64,000 bases of DNA, taken from assembly GCF_009914755.1 (NCBI RefSeq), contig NC_060947.1; one strand, given 5' to 3'. The position numbers and the translations under genes are program-made. A model generated the notes under the pieces. That model saw only the letters and a program-made list of their open reading frames with translations, was not told the DNA's origin and ran no database searches. The DNA is from the human T2T-CHM13v2.0 reference genome, Homo sapiens. Shown one piece after another: positions 1 to 15,625 of this stretch (positions are counted from its first letter, which is position 1; each line of letters begins with the position of its first letter).

Positions 1-110
1 TCTAGTAAATAAAATCATTTGAAAAAAAAAAGAATGGTAAAGGGTTTTTTAAACACCAATTTTTTACTCCCAAGTCCACCTTCCAAATGAGTAACAAAGT
101 AATACTTATA

Positions 111-334
<224 letters not shown>

Positions 335-604
335 ACAAAGTAATACTTATAAAATCCGAAGTTGGTCATGTTTCCATCCTCTTTAAAACCTTTTATTTGT
401 TTCCCATTGTCTACAGCAGATTTTAATCTGCCTTCTTTTAAAAGCATAGGAGCTTTTTAAAAAATAAAACCTTACAACAAATTCTAACATTTGAAATAGA
501 TTTAAAAACATTTTAAATTCATTTAAATTTATAAGTTCAAATGTATAACATTAAGTCAATATTAAAGCCATAAGAATATTATAGGTATGTTTATGATCAC
601 AATT

Positions 605-900
<296 letters not shown>

Positions 901-904
901 ATTA

Positions 905-1130
905 TTATTCTTTTTTTTAATTTCAATAGTTTCAGGGTATAGGTGGTTTTTGGTTACATAGATAAGTTCTTTAGTGGTGATTTCTGAGATTGTAGTGTGC
1001 CCGTCACCTGAGGAGTGTATACTGTACCCAATATGTAGTCTTTTTTCCCTCACCCCCATCAAACCTCCCCCTGGCCTGAGTCCCCAAAGTCCATTATGTC
1101 ATTCTTATGGCTCTGTGTCCTTGTAGATTA
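905..1130 (-). mobile_element. L1 3'-end fragment (older primate L1PA/L1PB)
   Basis: ggttacatagataagttctttagtggtgatttctgagat...ccccaaagtccattat. Confidence 0.75.
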
Positions 1131-1526
1131 TCCAAGTTTTTCTACTCCATTAATAATAACTTAAATATAGATAGCCCTTTACAAATCACATTTGATTTTT
1201 ATCCCAGTCCCATTAGGTAAGATCGGTATTTTCCCTGTTTTATGGATAAAAGAAAGTTTCAGTGGCTAGTTCAATATTATACACATTGGTGAATGGCAGA
1301 GGCAGAATTTTAACTAAGATTCTCTCTCTCCTAATGAAGTGCCTTTCCTACTCTATCCCCTATCGCTGGTTGCCTCTATATGTTTTGTGATCCATTTCAG
1401 TAACAATCATTCCCTTTCTCTTTGACCAGGCAGACCATCTATCATACCATACTTCTGTTTTTCACCCTAATTTACTCAGCCATTCTACCTGCTTTAGGCC
1501 CATACATATTTTCTTCACACGTAGAG

Positions 1527-1751
1527 CAGGGTTTCCCAGCTGTGGCACCGTTAATATTTTGGATCAAATAATTGTTTACGGGGAAGGAGGCTGTCCTATG
1601 CATTGTAGGATGTTTTACAACATCTTTGGCCTTTACCCGATGAATGCCAGTGGCACACATACCCCACTCCTAAGTTGTGACAACCAGAATGTCTCCAGAT
1701 ATTGCCAAATGTCCCCTATGAAGCAGAATTGCCCCTAGTTGAGAACCACTG
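1527..1751. mobile_element. MER20 (hAT-Charlie) DNA transposon
   Basis: cagggtttcccagc...gttgtgacaaccagaatgtctccagatattgccaaatgtccc...ttgagaaccactg. Confidence 0.85.
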
Positions 1752-3469
1752 CATATAGATCTACATTTCTCTCCTACCTCATTTTTCTTTTTTCTTACAA
1801 ATATGCTTTTATATTCCAGCTGTAAAACCCATTGTAATGTGCCTCCATGATAGCTGTGAAGTTATATTTCTCTTTTAAAGTTAAAATCTCTCCTTTATTA
1901 TTTATTTGTTGCCATAGTGAACAAACACCCAAAGGTATTGAGTAGCATTTTTGACTCTCCTTACTTGATCTGTTCTCATTCTTACAGAGAAAACTACTTC
2001 ATTTTTCTTCATAGCTGTTCTTAATCAGAACTTTTAAGTCTCTGCAAATATGTTCTTCCCCATCTTTGTGATATATATTCCATCTTTGGGAATCATTTAT
2101 CATTTTAATGTCTTAACAGGAAATCAAATCCTGTTTTGTGGTGATTTATTTCAAGAGAAACATTCATGTCTCTTATCTCCTTTCTATTCTTGAGCCCCAA
2201 CTCTCATTTGAAGAAGAAGAAAAAAAATGCCCACTTTATCCTTAAGTCTATGGTTCTTGCTTGGATCATTGCCATAGATTCTTCTCAGGGTTTGTCTGGA
2301 ATTTTGTTTTGCTCCTATATGAAACTATAGATGGAAGTTTTGCTCAGCAGCTTTGAAAAACCTCAGCAGTCTCTCCTTTACATCTAGTTGAGATATGGGC
2401 CAATAAAATAGCACAATGTTTTGTTTGGCTAAAAAGAGAAGGAAAAGACAGGAATGGACTAACATAGGATTTAGTACAGGTATTAGCAGGCAGGTTTGAT
2501 AAATCTCAGCAGGCTTTCCTTCATATCCTAGAGAGGATAAGCAGTACCCATTCCAGTTGGTAATAAGAGGAAAACAAAGGGATAATTGAGAAAATTATTT
2601 TTGTTTTAGATTAGGGAGATTTGAGCGTGGGTGTAGGCTGAAAAGAAGGAAATAGTGAAGGAAAAAAATAAGTGGAAGATCTAAGAGAGAGGGAGAAGCT
2701 AAAGGATCAGGGTCCCAGAGGAAATGGAAGGAATAGAAACAGAGGCAGAAGGCAGGACCTTGAAAACAAAGGCAGCTATTTCCTCTGAAACAAGGGGAAG
2801 GATGAAGGAATAAGTAATAGCAAAAGAATGAATGTGAGGTGAGGAGAGGGGAGGTTGGGGAGCCCTTGTGGATAACTTTCATCTCTATAAAGTATTTGGT
2901 GAAATCATCTACCAATAGAAAGTGAAGATAGGTTTATATTCTTAAAAATGATGAGTCTGTATAATAGCTGCCATGGTGAATTAGATTAGTTAGATTAGAA
3001 GGTTAGTAAAGTAGGAATGAGGAAGAAAAGATGATCAATTGACCAAGGGTTCAGCTAAGGTTAGGTAGCATGTTTATAGTGGATCTCATCTGTTTGGTTA
3101 TGCTGTTTCTTCAGTATTGTAGCCTACAAATAAACATACACGCACACAGTTGGTTTAACCTATGGTTGAGAATTGACATGGTGAGAATGGTAGAAGATCA
3201 TATGTCCAGTGAGTTCTTAGGAAAACGTAATTGAAATTTTCAACCATAGGGTTCAGAGTAAGAGTTGAAGGTCCAGAAGAGGCTGATCTACTGACAGTAT
3301 TAGAAAGTGTCAGTAAATTGGTAGTCCAAAAAAAGGGTGAAGAACAGGATCCAAAGAAATGGAAGGATAGTAGGATGCAGTCAGGAATTTCGAGTTCAGG
3401 ATCTCATAAATATAATTGTTTCATGTTCAAAAGATGGCTATATAAAAGGTAGAGTAGAGCTAACAATAA

Positions 3470-3860
3470 TGATACCATTTGTGCTGCTATAACAAAATAC
3501 CTTAGACTGGGTAATTTAGAAACAATATAAATTTATTTCTTACAGTTCTGGAGACTGAGAAGTCCAGGGTCATGGTGCCAGTAGAATCAATGACTGGTGA
3601 GGACAGACATCCTGGCAGCCTCACATGGCAGATGGGGAAAAGGGATAAACGGTGTGTCCCCACATGGCAGAAGGGGCAGAAGGGCAAAAGCAACTAGCTA
3701 ATTCTCTCCAGTCCTCTTATCAGGCACCAATCCCATCCATGAAGGTAGACATTTCATGGCCTAATGATCTCCTAAACGTCCCACCTCCTAATACTATTGC
3801 ATTGGGGGCTAAGTTTCAAACGTGAATTTTGGAGGAGACGCAAACATTTAAACTATAGCA
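3470..3860. mobile_element. MST-type MaLR solo LTR
   Basis: tgctgctataacaaaatacc...ttctggagactgagaagtccag...aaacatttaaactatagca. Confidence 0.8.
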
Positions 3861-4675
3861 TGATTTATTTATCATTTAACTTTGCTTCATATATAGTATC
3901 TTAATTAATTCCCTACCACAACCCAATAAGGTAGGTAGATTTGCCTCATTTTATAAAGGAACTTAACCCAAGATCATATAACTAGTCAGTGACAGAGCCA
4001 GGATTGTAAGCTGTCTATTTTAACACCAACTATGCACTTAACCATTATACTATATAGCTTTTCCACAGTAAGCCTAATAATGGGAAGTTAATTGCTTCAG
4101 CAGAACTTCAGAGGTTATTACAGTGTTTAAGAAGTAAACCTCAGAATTAACCAAAGTGGAAAATAATCTTTATCTTTTTTAAAGCTACAGTAGGAAAGGT
4201 ATTTCACTATGGTATAATGAAAAGAGCATAGGACTTGACTAAAATCTTGAGATAGAATCTCAGGCCTACCATTTACTAGCTGTTTGACCTTAGGCAGGTC
4301 ATTTAACCTCTGAGCTTCTTTCTTTATCTGTAAAATGAGAATGATAATAAAAATAATGATGATGATATGGTAAAAAAAAACCTGTTCATCCAATTTCACA
4401 GCATTAATTTAAAGATTATCATAATGGATATAAAAAGTAAATAACTATACAGATGGTTGTCATGGTGATAGTTATTTATCTATCTGCTTTGTTTCCATGG
4501 GAAAGGGCAAGAAGTGCCAGTGGACTCAATCATACATATCCAACATTTGGACCTTTGTCCTTTACTTAAAGAGGCACTCCAAAAAGTGAACAAGATTAAG
4601 AAGTTTTCTCAAGATTGATGACTCGATATTTTTATGGGGTCTTTATTTCTTTTCTCTTTCTCAGAAGAAACATAG

Positions 4676-4876
<201 letters not shown>

Positions 4877-5394
4877 TAACTCAAAATGATAGTGCTGAGA
4901 CAGCAAAGATGAAATAGGTAAAAAGCCAGCTATTTGGACTATGACATACACAGTTGTCTAATTGATAAATACGAGAGAGTGCTGTTGGCAAGCAGGTTTC
5001 TAAGATAATGGAAAAATATCTTCATATATGACATTGAGAGCCAAGAAATCTGTAGTGCACCAACTGTACTTTGTACTTTACACCTGAAAGTGAATTTGGT
5101 TACTGTTTCTTTAATTATTAGTGCGGCTAAGCAGAATTCCCTGGAGAGTTAAAATCCACCTAGAGGGGGCATCCTAAGAATGTTTAATTCCACTAGTGGC
5201 TCCTAACTTACTTAGGCCAGGCCCCAGTTGTTTTAACCTGATTAACTGCTGAAATCACAATCCCTTTTGAGAAAGGGGACACATGCAATAGGATTTAAAT
5301 GTATATTACATCAGAAATCTTAGATATGTATACATTTCCTATTATTTCAATATAAAAAACACTAAGAACTTTTTCTTATAGCTCTGAATTTTAA

Positions 5395-5658
<264 letters not shown>

Positions 5659-6142
5659 TAAGGGACTTAAAGTTTGATGGGAAAAATTACAAGTATGTGA
5701 GTGGAATGATAGAGCTTCTGTTTTCAGTTTCTTCTTTATCAGAAGTTTAGAGATGTTGGTTAGGCATTATGTTTGTTCGGGGACCTCTTAAAATAACTCC
5801 TATTAACGTGTTTGCTGTCCATTTAAGATTGGGGGTAGCATTGGAAAGTTCACTGATGAAGAAGTGAGCAGTGAGAGATGAGATGAGAGGTGTAGACAGG
5901 GGCTAAATTCTGAAGTTCCTTATATGACTTGTTAAAGAATTTGGAATTCAACCTGAAAGCTATGAAGAGCCATTGAAGAGTTTTAAGTAGGAGGGTGATA
6001 TGATAAAATGTGTGTTTTGGCGAGATCATTCTAGCAGGTATAGAGAAAATAGATTAGAAGTGGGCATGACTAGAAGAAGGAAAATAAATCACTGCACAAA
6101 ACAAAGAGAGTTCTAGAGAGAAGAAACATAGGTAGCAAAGTA

Positions 6143-6344
6143 CAGTTGATTCTCGAACAATAGGAGTTTGGTCCAACAAAACACAGATCAAAAATACAGT
6201 ATTTGCAGGATGAGAAACCCATGTGTAGACTTTTTATACATGTGGATTCTGCAGGGCTGACCGCAGGACTGGACTATGCATCTACATTTTTGTATACGCA
6301 CAGGGTCCTGGAACCAATCCCCTGCATATACATAGGAACAGCTG
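6143..6344. mobile_element. Tigger2-family MITE (MER8/MER2-like)
   Basis: TA-flanked cagttgattctcgaacaa...ggtcctggaaccaatcccc...cagctg. Confidence 0.7.
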
Positions 6345-6656
6345 TATAGTGGCCAGGAGCACTGACACTGCAATTAGCCCACCCATGTTCAAATCTTAGC
6401 TCTATAACTCACTGGCTATGTACCTTGGGCAAGTTCTCTGTGCCTTGGTATCCCTATCTGTACAGTAGAAATAATAATAATACCTTCTTCTTAGGGTTTT
6501 TTGAGGGTTAAATGAGTTAATACATGTAAAGCACTTAGAACAGTACTTGGCTTATAGCAAGTGTTGGAAGGGTCTGAGATAGGACAGAAGTATAGTGCAT
6601 TTGAAGAACTCAAAGAATGCCAGTGTGGCTAGAGTGTAGAAAGCAAGGAAAGAGTA

Positions 6657-7027
6657 CAGGCTTACCTTAGGGATGTTGCAGGCTTGGTTCCAGACCACCA
6701 CAGTAAAGCAAATATCGCAATAAAGTGAGTCACACAATTTTTTTTGTTTTCCAGTGCATAGAAAGTTATATTTACACTATACTGTAGTCTATTAAATGTG
6801 CAATACCATTATGTCTTAAAACAATGTACATACCTTAATTTAAAAATACTTTATTGCTAAAAAAAAATGTTGACACAGAGACATGAAATGAGCATATGAT
6901 GTTGGAAAAATGGTGCCAATAGCCTTGCTTAATGCAGGGTTGCCACAGATCTTCAATTTGTAAAAAAAAAAACCACAGTATCTGTGAGGTGCAGTAAAGT
7001 GAAGCACAATAAACTGAGATGTGCCTG
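6657..7027. mobile_element. Internally deleted Tigger1 with both terminal inverted repeats
   Basis: ta|caggcttacct...ttccagaccacc... and ...aataaactgagatgtgcctg|ta; TA target sites. Confidence 0.85.
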
Positions 7028-7029
7028 TA

Positions 7030-8100
7030 TTCCAGGATGAGGCTAGAGGGAAAGCAGAGGACTGATCCAGGACTCATGGACAATATTAAAAAGGATTTTA
7101 AGCCAGGTAGTAACTTGATAATTTACATTTTTAAACAATGGCCTGGCTGCTGTATAGAAATGGATTATAGTAGAGCAAGAGTAGATTCATGGAGACCATT
7201 TAAGAAGGTACTGCAGTAGTCTAAGCGAGAGATAATGATGGCTTGGACTTAGAGTGCTGGCAGTGGTGATAGAAAGAAGTAACCAATGAATTAGATAAAG
7301 GAATGACACCCAGATTTCTGGCATGTGGAACTGGATATTCACTGACCTGGGTTACACTGGAAAAGGACCAGGTTTGAGGATACCAGACAACTAAGTGGAA
7401 ATATCAGGTAGATAGTTGAATATAAAAGTATAAAGTTCAGAAAGATCTGTGCTTGAGGTAAATTTGGAAGTCACCAGTTTCAGGTAATAGAAACCAGAGG
7501 CAGAGATGAGACATTCAGAAGAGAATATAAGGAGAATGTAAGTAAGAAAACTCCTACTGAGCTTTGGGGGACTTTACCATTTAAAGGACAAGTGGAGCAA
7601 AGATGAACCAAGAAAGAGACTTAGAAGATCAGTTAGAAGAATAGAAGGAAAAGCAGGAAAATGTGTCTTGTAAGCCAAATGCTACCAGTCAGTCAGTCAA
7701 GTAAAATGAAGACTGGAAAATGCTCACTGGATTTGGTGACATGCAGCTCGTTTGTAACTTGGGCAAGTTATTTCATTGGAACAATGTAGGCAGTCATATT
7801 GGAGTAAGTTGAGGAGCAACCGAGTGGCGAGCGAAAGGAAATGGAGGCAATTGGTGTATTATTCTCTCAAACTTTGTGAAAAAAGAGAAAAATAGGGCAA
7901 GAGAGATAGGAAGTGGGGTTGGGGAGGATGCTTTTGTTTTTAAGATGGGAGAGACTTGAACATATTTTAATCTGAATAGGAAGGATCTTATAGAAAGGGA
8001 GAAATTGAAAATATAGAAGAGAGAAGGGATAACAGTGTAAGATTCATAAGATGGCAAGAAGAGTGGGAATCCAAAGCACATGCAAGGAGACCAGTCTTGG
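7030..8100 (+). mobile_element. Ancient L2 fragments (similar purine-rich remnants near 2450-3450 and 5870-6120)
   Basis: Degenerate motifs such as gagataatgatggcttggac and aatgacacccagatttctggcatg. Confidence 0.6.
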
Positions 8101-8379
8101 GAGGCAGAACAGCTCCCCTTGTGTCATAGGAGGGAATGGGAGAGGATGCTTACACTTGCGCTCTGGTTTAAGATCCATCTCCATGAAGCCTCCCTTTGAC
8201 TATTTAGGTTTTTGTTAATTTGCTTATTCTGTCTTGTATTATTTCCTACTATTTTAGACTTCAGGCTTATCTTTCTTAAGTAGATTGTAAACTTGAGAGT
8301 AGGGGTCATATTTTATTTTTATATGTCCGTACGTTGTCTAGCCCAGTGCTGAGACTGATTTTCAAAAATAGGTACTCAA

Positions 8380-8680
8380 GGCCAGGAGCAGTGGCTTACA
8401 TGTGTAAGCCCCGCACTTTGGGAGGACGAGGTAGGTGGATCAATTGAGGTCAGCAATTCAAGACCAGGCTGGCCAACATGGTGAAACCCTGTCTCTACAA
8501 AAAATACAAAAATTAGCTGGGTGTGTTGGCGGGCGCCTGTAGTCCCAGCTACTTGGGAGGCTGAGGCAGGAGAATCACTTGAACCTGGGAGGCAGAAGTG
8601 CCACTGCACTCCACCCTGGGCGACAGAGCAAGACTCTGTCTCCAAAAAAAAAAAAAAGAAAAGAAAAGAAAAAAGAAAAA
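8380..8680 (+). mobile_element. AluS with a short right-arm deletion
   Basis: Alu dimer missing ggttgcagtgagccgagatc; TSD aaaaataggt(a/g)ctca. Confidence 0.88.
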
Positions 8681-8923
8681 TAGGTGCTCAGTAAAAACTC
8701 ATTAAGATGTAGATAAAATGGACAACTCATCTTCTACTTAATAGTTGTTCATGTAATGCTGATTTTCCTGTTATCATTGGATCATCAACTATGTATGATG
8801 CCTTTGGTAGTATCTAAGGTATGCTATCTGCCTTAGATTTCATAGACATTTAGTAAAATTACTTTATTGCTAATTGTGGTAATTTTACTGCCAAGGGTTA
8901 AGTAGCATTTGGTTGGTGACTAG

Positions 8924-9013
<90 letters not shown>

Positions 9014-9224
9014 TAAGAGTCATAGATTAATTTGAATTGTGTATTCTAATAGAGGCTATTTTTCCTAATAATAGTTTTTCCCTGGTTTCTGCTAGCACTT
9101 GGTGTCACGGTAAGGATCTTACCAATTTTGCTGACTATTTAGGACTTAGTTATGTTTGAAGCAGCCTAATGTAACAGAAAGAGCATGGGTTCTGGCCTCA
9201 GAAATTTATTAATTGGAATTCTAT

Positions 9225-12200
9225 TGTGAGGAAGAGCTGTCTCTTCTTCTCCATTTGTTTATTTGACATTTAGTTATATTTGTATAGATTCATGGATATT
9301 TATTTTATTCTATGGTTTAACATCCAGTACTATTATTTGTTTTATTGCTCAAATTGTTCCTGCTTTGTCCATTAGGAGCTCCTTCAGGTTGGCTCTTCTC
9401 AAGTTTTTGATCATTTCTACAAGAGGTTCCAAACTCATCTTGTATTTTCCCTACCCCAGTTCTGGAATCAACCATGTCTCCAAGGAACCCTAGTTCCTTT
9501 CTTTTTTTGTTGATGGAAAATTGTGTTTAGAAGCCAAGATTTGGGTACTAGCGCCAGCTGTGTTTATTGTTACCAGAGTTTTACTGCTTCTAAGCACTCT
9601 GAGCAGGTAGAGCTCAGAAATATCTACCTGTGTAGTAACGTACACATACACTTTCATCTATATTTTTGTATATATCTATCTGCATATATATTACAAACCA
9701 TGAGTTTATACTGACACCTCTGATACCATTCCAATGTGACAGGGTTCATTTTGGCTTTCCCCCTTTCCTTATTTGTAACTTCTTTCTCCAACAGTAAGAA
9801 ACCCAGCTCTCATCTGCAATCTATTTATTTACTTGCTCAGTTCTACTATACACATAAAGTAGTTTCAGAATTGTTAGCCTATATCCCTGTGGGAAACACT
9901 TTCTATGAAATAGATTACAGCATTTATGTACAGTTCTTTTTATCTTTAGGCATAGAGTATCTAAGCAAGATAATGTTTCCCACAGTTACTGTTTGTATTC
10001 CCTTTTAGGCACTCTCCCCCTAAATCTTAGTTACTTTTGTTTGTTTATATTTTAGGTATGTGAAACATAATGGATCTAAGAGTCAGAGTTACACAAAAAG
10101 ATATACTCAGAGCAGAGAAATGCAAATTAAAACCCCAATGAGATATCACCTCATGCCCATTAGGATGGCTACTGTTAAATAAATAAATAGATAAATAACT
10201 GAAAATAAAAGGTGTTGGCAAGGATGTGAAGATATAGAGAAATTGGAACCCTTGTACACTGTTGGTGAGATTGTAAAATGATGTAACTACTGTGGAAAAC
10301 AGCATGGAGGTTCCTAAAAAAATTAAAACTAGACTTACCATATGATCCAGCAATCCCACTTCTGTTTATATATCCAAAATAATTAAAGCAAGGTCTCAAA
10401 GAGATGTCTTCACGACCATGTTCATAGTGGCACTATTCACTATAGTTAAGAGGTAGAATAACCCAAATGTCTATCAACGTATGACCTGATAAACAAAATG
10501 TGGTATATACATGCAACAGAATATCATTCAGCCTTAAAAAGGAAGGTAATCCTGTCACTTGCTACAACATGGGTGGACATTGAAGATATGCTAAGTGAAC
10601 TAAGCCAGTCACAAAAAGACAAATACTGTATGATTCCACTTATGTGAGGTATCTAACGTAGTCAAATTCATAGAAACAAAGTAGAATGGTGGTTGCCGGG
10701 GACTGGGGGATAGGTGGGAAAGGGAAGTTGTTTAATGGGTATAGAATTTTAGTTTTGCAAAATGAAAACATTCTGGAGATCTGTTTCACAGCAAGCAATG
10801 TGAATATACTTAACACTAGTGAACAACACACTTAAAGGTGATTAAGATGGTAAGTTTTATGTTTATATGTTTCCCATGATTTTCCAATTTGTATTTGTAT
10901 AAATTTATGGGATATAAGTACAATTTTATTATATGGATGTGTTGTGTAGTGGTGAAGTCTGGGCTTTTAGTATATCCATCACCTGAATAATGTACATTGT
11001 AACAACTTAGAAAGTTAAATACTGGATGTTCTCACTTACAAGTGGGAGCCAAATAATGTGTTCACATGGACCTAGAGTGTGGAACAATTGACATTGGCAA
11101 CTAGGAAGCATAGGAAGTTTGAGGGGAGTGGGTGGTGAGAAACTACTTAATGCATACATGTACCACAATTTTTTTCAAAAAGGAAAAAGGATATACTCAG
11201 TGAGGTAAATGTCATTCCCTCTCCATCCCTGCAACTCTGTTCCCATTCCTATTTCCCACCCTTATTTCTACCTCTTTTCTACCATTATTCTCGCTACGCC
11301 TGTATTTAACCCATCTCTTTAGTTTCTGGTTTAGCCTTCTTGTATTTCTTTTGTACAAATGAACAGATACCTGTGTATTTTATTATATCACCTTTTTTTC
11401 TCATATGAATGGTTGGGTACTGTATGTAATGATTGTATACTCTTTGTAGCTTTGCTTTGTTCAGTATTTCCTGGAAATCATTTCTTACCAGTTCAGAGAA
11501 GTCTTCCGCATTCTTTTTTGCAGGTGCATAGTACTTTTATTGTGGACATGTGCCATACATATCAATTCACCCCCCTTCCTATGTATGCACATTTAAGTTG
11601 TTTCCAATGTTTTGCAATTAAAAACATGCTGCAGTGAATAACCTGTGTGTATATATTTTTGTATTGTCAGAGGTTTATCTTAAGGGTAAATTTCTAGAAG
11701 TGGGATTGCTGGGACAAAAGGTAAGTACATTTCTACCTTTATAAGGTATTGCCATATTTGCCTCCAGAAGAGATGTACCAGTTTGCATTCCTACCAGCAG
11801 TGTATGAGAAAGCCTGTTTCCCCACAGCCTCACTAATGGAATGTATTGTCATACTTTTTCAATTTTTGGCAGTCTGATAGGTGAGAAATGCTATCTCAGT
11901 GTTGTTTTACTTTGTATTTCTCGTATTATGGGTGAATTTGAGCATTTTTTCATATGTTTAAGGGCCACTTTTATCCCTTTTGCTGGTGAATTGTCCATGT
12001 CTTTTCTCATTTTTCTATTGGGTTTTTTGGTCCTTTGGCCTCTTTTTAAAAATAAATTGTGGTAAAATATACATAACATAAAATTTACCATTTTAATTAT
12101 TTTAAGTGTACAATTCAATGGCTTTAAATTCATTCACAATGTTGTGCAGCCATCACCACCATCCACCTCCAAAATTTTTTTCATCTTGCAGAACTGAAAC

Positions 12201-14530
12201 TCTATACCCACTAAACAATAACTCCTCATTTCCTCTCTCCTCAGTCCCTGGCAACCACTATTCTGCTTTCAGTATGAATTTGACTACTCTAGGTACCTCA
12301 TATGAATGGAATCATACAGTATTTGTCTTTTCATGACTGACTTGTTTCATTTAGCATAATGTCTTCAAGGTTCATCCATGTTGTAGCATGTGTCACAATT
12401 TCCTTTGATTTTAAGATTGAATAATATTTCATTGTATTTTGTGTATCCATTCATCCATTGATGGACACTTGGACTGCTTCCATCTTTTGGCTATTGTGAA
12501 TGATGCTGCTATAAGCATGGGTGTACAGCTAGGTGTGGTGGTGCATGCCGAAGTCCCAGCAACTCAGTAGGATGAGGCAGGAGGATTGCTTGAACCTAGG
12601 AGTTCAAGGCTGTAGTGTGCTAAAATAGCACCTGTGAATAGCCACTGCGCTTCAGCCTGTGCAACATAGTAATATTCCGTCTCTTTAAAAACAAACAAAC
12701 AAAAAAACATGGGCCAGGCGTGGTGGCTCATGCCTGTAATCCTAGCACTTTGGGAAGCAAAGGTGGGCAGATCGCTTGAGCCCAGGAGTTTAAGACTAGC
12801 CTGGGCAACATGGCGAAACCCTGTCTCTACAAAAAATACAAAATTAGCTAGGTATGATGGTGTGCACCTGTAGTCCCAGCTACTTGGGAGGCTGAGTTGG
12901 GAGGATCACCTGAGCCCAGGGAAGTTGAGGCTACAGTGAGCTATGATCATACCACGCACTCTAGTCTAGGCAACAGAGTGAGACCCTGTCTCAAAACAAA
13001 CAAACAAACAAAAAACACACACAAAACAAGCAACAACAACAAAAAAACTATGGATGTACAAATGTCTGATCATATCCCTGCTTTCAATTCATTTGGGTGT
13101 ATACCTAGAAGTAAATAGCTAGATCATATGGTAGTTCTGTTTTTAATTTTTAAATCAAACCACCATACTGTTTTCCATAGTGGCTGTACCATTTTACATC
13201 TCCACCAGCCATGCACAAAAGTTCCAGTTTTTCCACACCCTCACCAATGTATTTTTTTTATAATAGCAACCCTAAGTTTGGCCCTTATTTTTGACAATTC
13301 TTTATATATTCGTGATATTAGCCCTTTGTCTGTGGTGTGTGTTACAGATAATTTCTCTGAATTTATCAGTTGTCTTTTACTTTGTTTATGATTTTTTTGT
13401 CATATAAAATGTTATGATTTTTATGTAGTAAAGCTTATTAATTTTTTTATTGCCTCTGGATTTTTTCAGCAGCTTTATTGAGCTAAAATTTACGTACCAT
13501 AAAATTCAGTCATTTTATGTGTACCATTCAATGATTTTTAGTAAATTTACAGAGTTGTACAACTATCACCACAATTCAGGTTTAGAACATGTCCATCACC
13601 CCAAAAAGTTTCCTCATGCCCATTTGCCATCACTCTCATTCCCACTCCCAGACCAAGGCAACCACTAATCTCTTTTCTGCCTTTATAGATTTGCCTATTA
13701 TAGACATTTCGTATACATGGAATCATAGAGGATGTAGTCTTTTTTTGTCTGGCTTCTTTCACTTATGTTTTGTGGTTCATCCATGTTATAGCACGTGTTA
13801 GCACTTCCCTTTCTTGCGTAATAGTACTCCATTGTCTAGATAGGCCGTATTTGTCCATCCATTTACCAGTTGATGGAGGTTTGGGTTGTTTCCACTTTTT
13901 GGCTTTCATAAATACTGCTGCTGCAAACATTCACTTGCAAGTTTTTATATGGACATGGGTTTTCATGGGGTAAATGCCTGGGTATAGAATTGGTGGGTCA
14001 TATGTTTAACTTTTTACGAAACTGCCAAACTGTTTTCCAAAGTGGCTATATCATTTACATTCTCCCCATGCCTCTGGATTCATAGTTAGAAAGCCTTTCT
14101 CCACACCAGGGTTAAAAGAGGAATTCAGCCGGGCGCGGTGGCTCATGCCTGTAACCCCAGCACTTTGGGAGGCCGAGGTGGGCGGATCACAAGGTCAGGA
14201 GATCAAGACAATCCTGCCTAACACGGTGAAACCTCGTCTCTACTAAAAATAGAAAAAATTAGCTGGGTGTGGTGGCGGGCATCTGTAGTCCCAGCTACTT
14301 GGGAGGCTGAGGCAGGAGAATGGCATGAACCTGGGAGGCGGAGCTTGCAGCGAGCCAAGACCACGCCACTGCACTCCAGCCTGGGTGACAGAGCGAGACT
14401 CCATCTCAAAAAAAAAAAAAAAAAGAAAAAGAGGAATTCACCCATGTTTTCTTCTAGTAATAATGTCGTTTTATGTTTTACATTTCATTTTGGCATTTGG
14501 TATTTATTCTTATGTATGATGTGAGCATAC
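9225..14530. mobile_element. Nested old L1M (L1MA/MB/MC/MD) fragments with inserted FAM (12528-12690), AluJ (12712-13045) and AluS (14128-14426)
   Basis: L1 3'-end motifs on both strands (gcaaattaaaaccccaatgagatatcacctc; ggttcatccatgttgtagcatgtgtca); FAM motif cctgtgaatagccactgc; TSD aaaagaggaattca at 14114-14127 and 14427-14440. Confidence 0.8.
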
Positions 14531-15379
14531 TTTCAATATTTTTGTTTTCAATTATTCATTTTTTTCTGATTATAAAAGTGACTAATTGCTTCTAGTAGAA
14601 CATTTAGAGAAGTATAGAGAATAAAACTTAAAGTTGCTATAATTTCACCACCCAGAGATGACTACCTCTTTCTTCCTAATTTTCCCCCTTTAGATAATTT
14701 AGTCTGGGTTTCCTGATTACATTTTATTCTCACTATACTCATTTAGAAGCAATTGACCCATCTTCCTTTCCTTTCAGTTTAGCACAAAAAGTTCCAGACT
14801 TCTGATTGTCTAGAATGTGCTAAAGGAAATAGTTTCAGCTGCAAAAGTAATAGATTCTAAGAAACAGTTGATGAATCAAACAATTAAACTTAATTGTTCA
14901 ATATTTTACAGAGAAATAAAGATGCTCCTTTTCACAAGAATGTATATTTATATTTTTAGAGACATTTTATAAGGCTTGTTAACAAAAAGTACATTTTACA
15001 TATATGAATGTTTTCACTTTTTGTCCTTAGATTATTTTCTTTTGTTTTTTAACATGTCATTGAAGCTTTTGTATTTATTTTCTGTGAGTGTCGGTCAATT
15101 TGCACATGCTCAGTTTACTTGAATTCCTAGCCTTGGCAATTAAATAGCATGTGAAAACATTGGTTTTCTGTTATATTTTCTTTTTCAGTCTGATTTTTGC
15201 CTGGCCCTAGTCCTGTTTTTGCTTTACTTTTAAAGATTTTACCCATTACGTGGCTGTCCTATATCACGTGGTCCTATAATATATCTATAATCTTGCCAAG
15301 AACTCTTTTTTTTCCTTATTACTGTGAGAGCTTTTATATCCAGGATTCTCTGCATTCATATAGTACCTATCTCTGTAGT

Positions 15380-15625
15380 CAGCATGGTAGTTAAGAGCAT
15401 GGACTCTGAAACTAGACTGCTGAGCTCAAATTTCAGCTTCACATTACCTACTAGCTGTGTGGCTATAGGTTATTTAACTTCTTTGTGCCTCAGTTTCCCT
15501 AGTTATAAAATGAGGATAACAGTAGAACTTACCTCATAGGGGCTATTGGGAGAACTTAAAAAATTTAATGTATGTAAAGTATTTAGAATAGAGCCTAGCC
15601 CATAATGCTATAGAAGAGTTAACTA
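15380..15625 (+). mobile_element. MIR (further MIR remnants near 3880-4400, 6350-6560 and 48240-48350)
   Basis: MIR core ttatttaacttctttgtgcctcagtttccctagttataaaatgaggataacag. Confidence 0.75.
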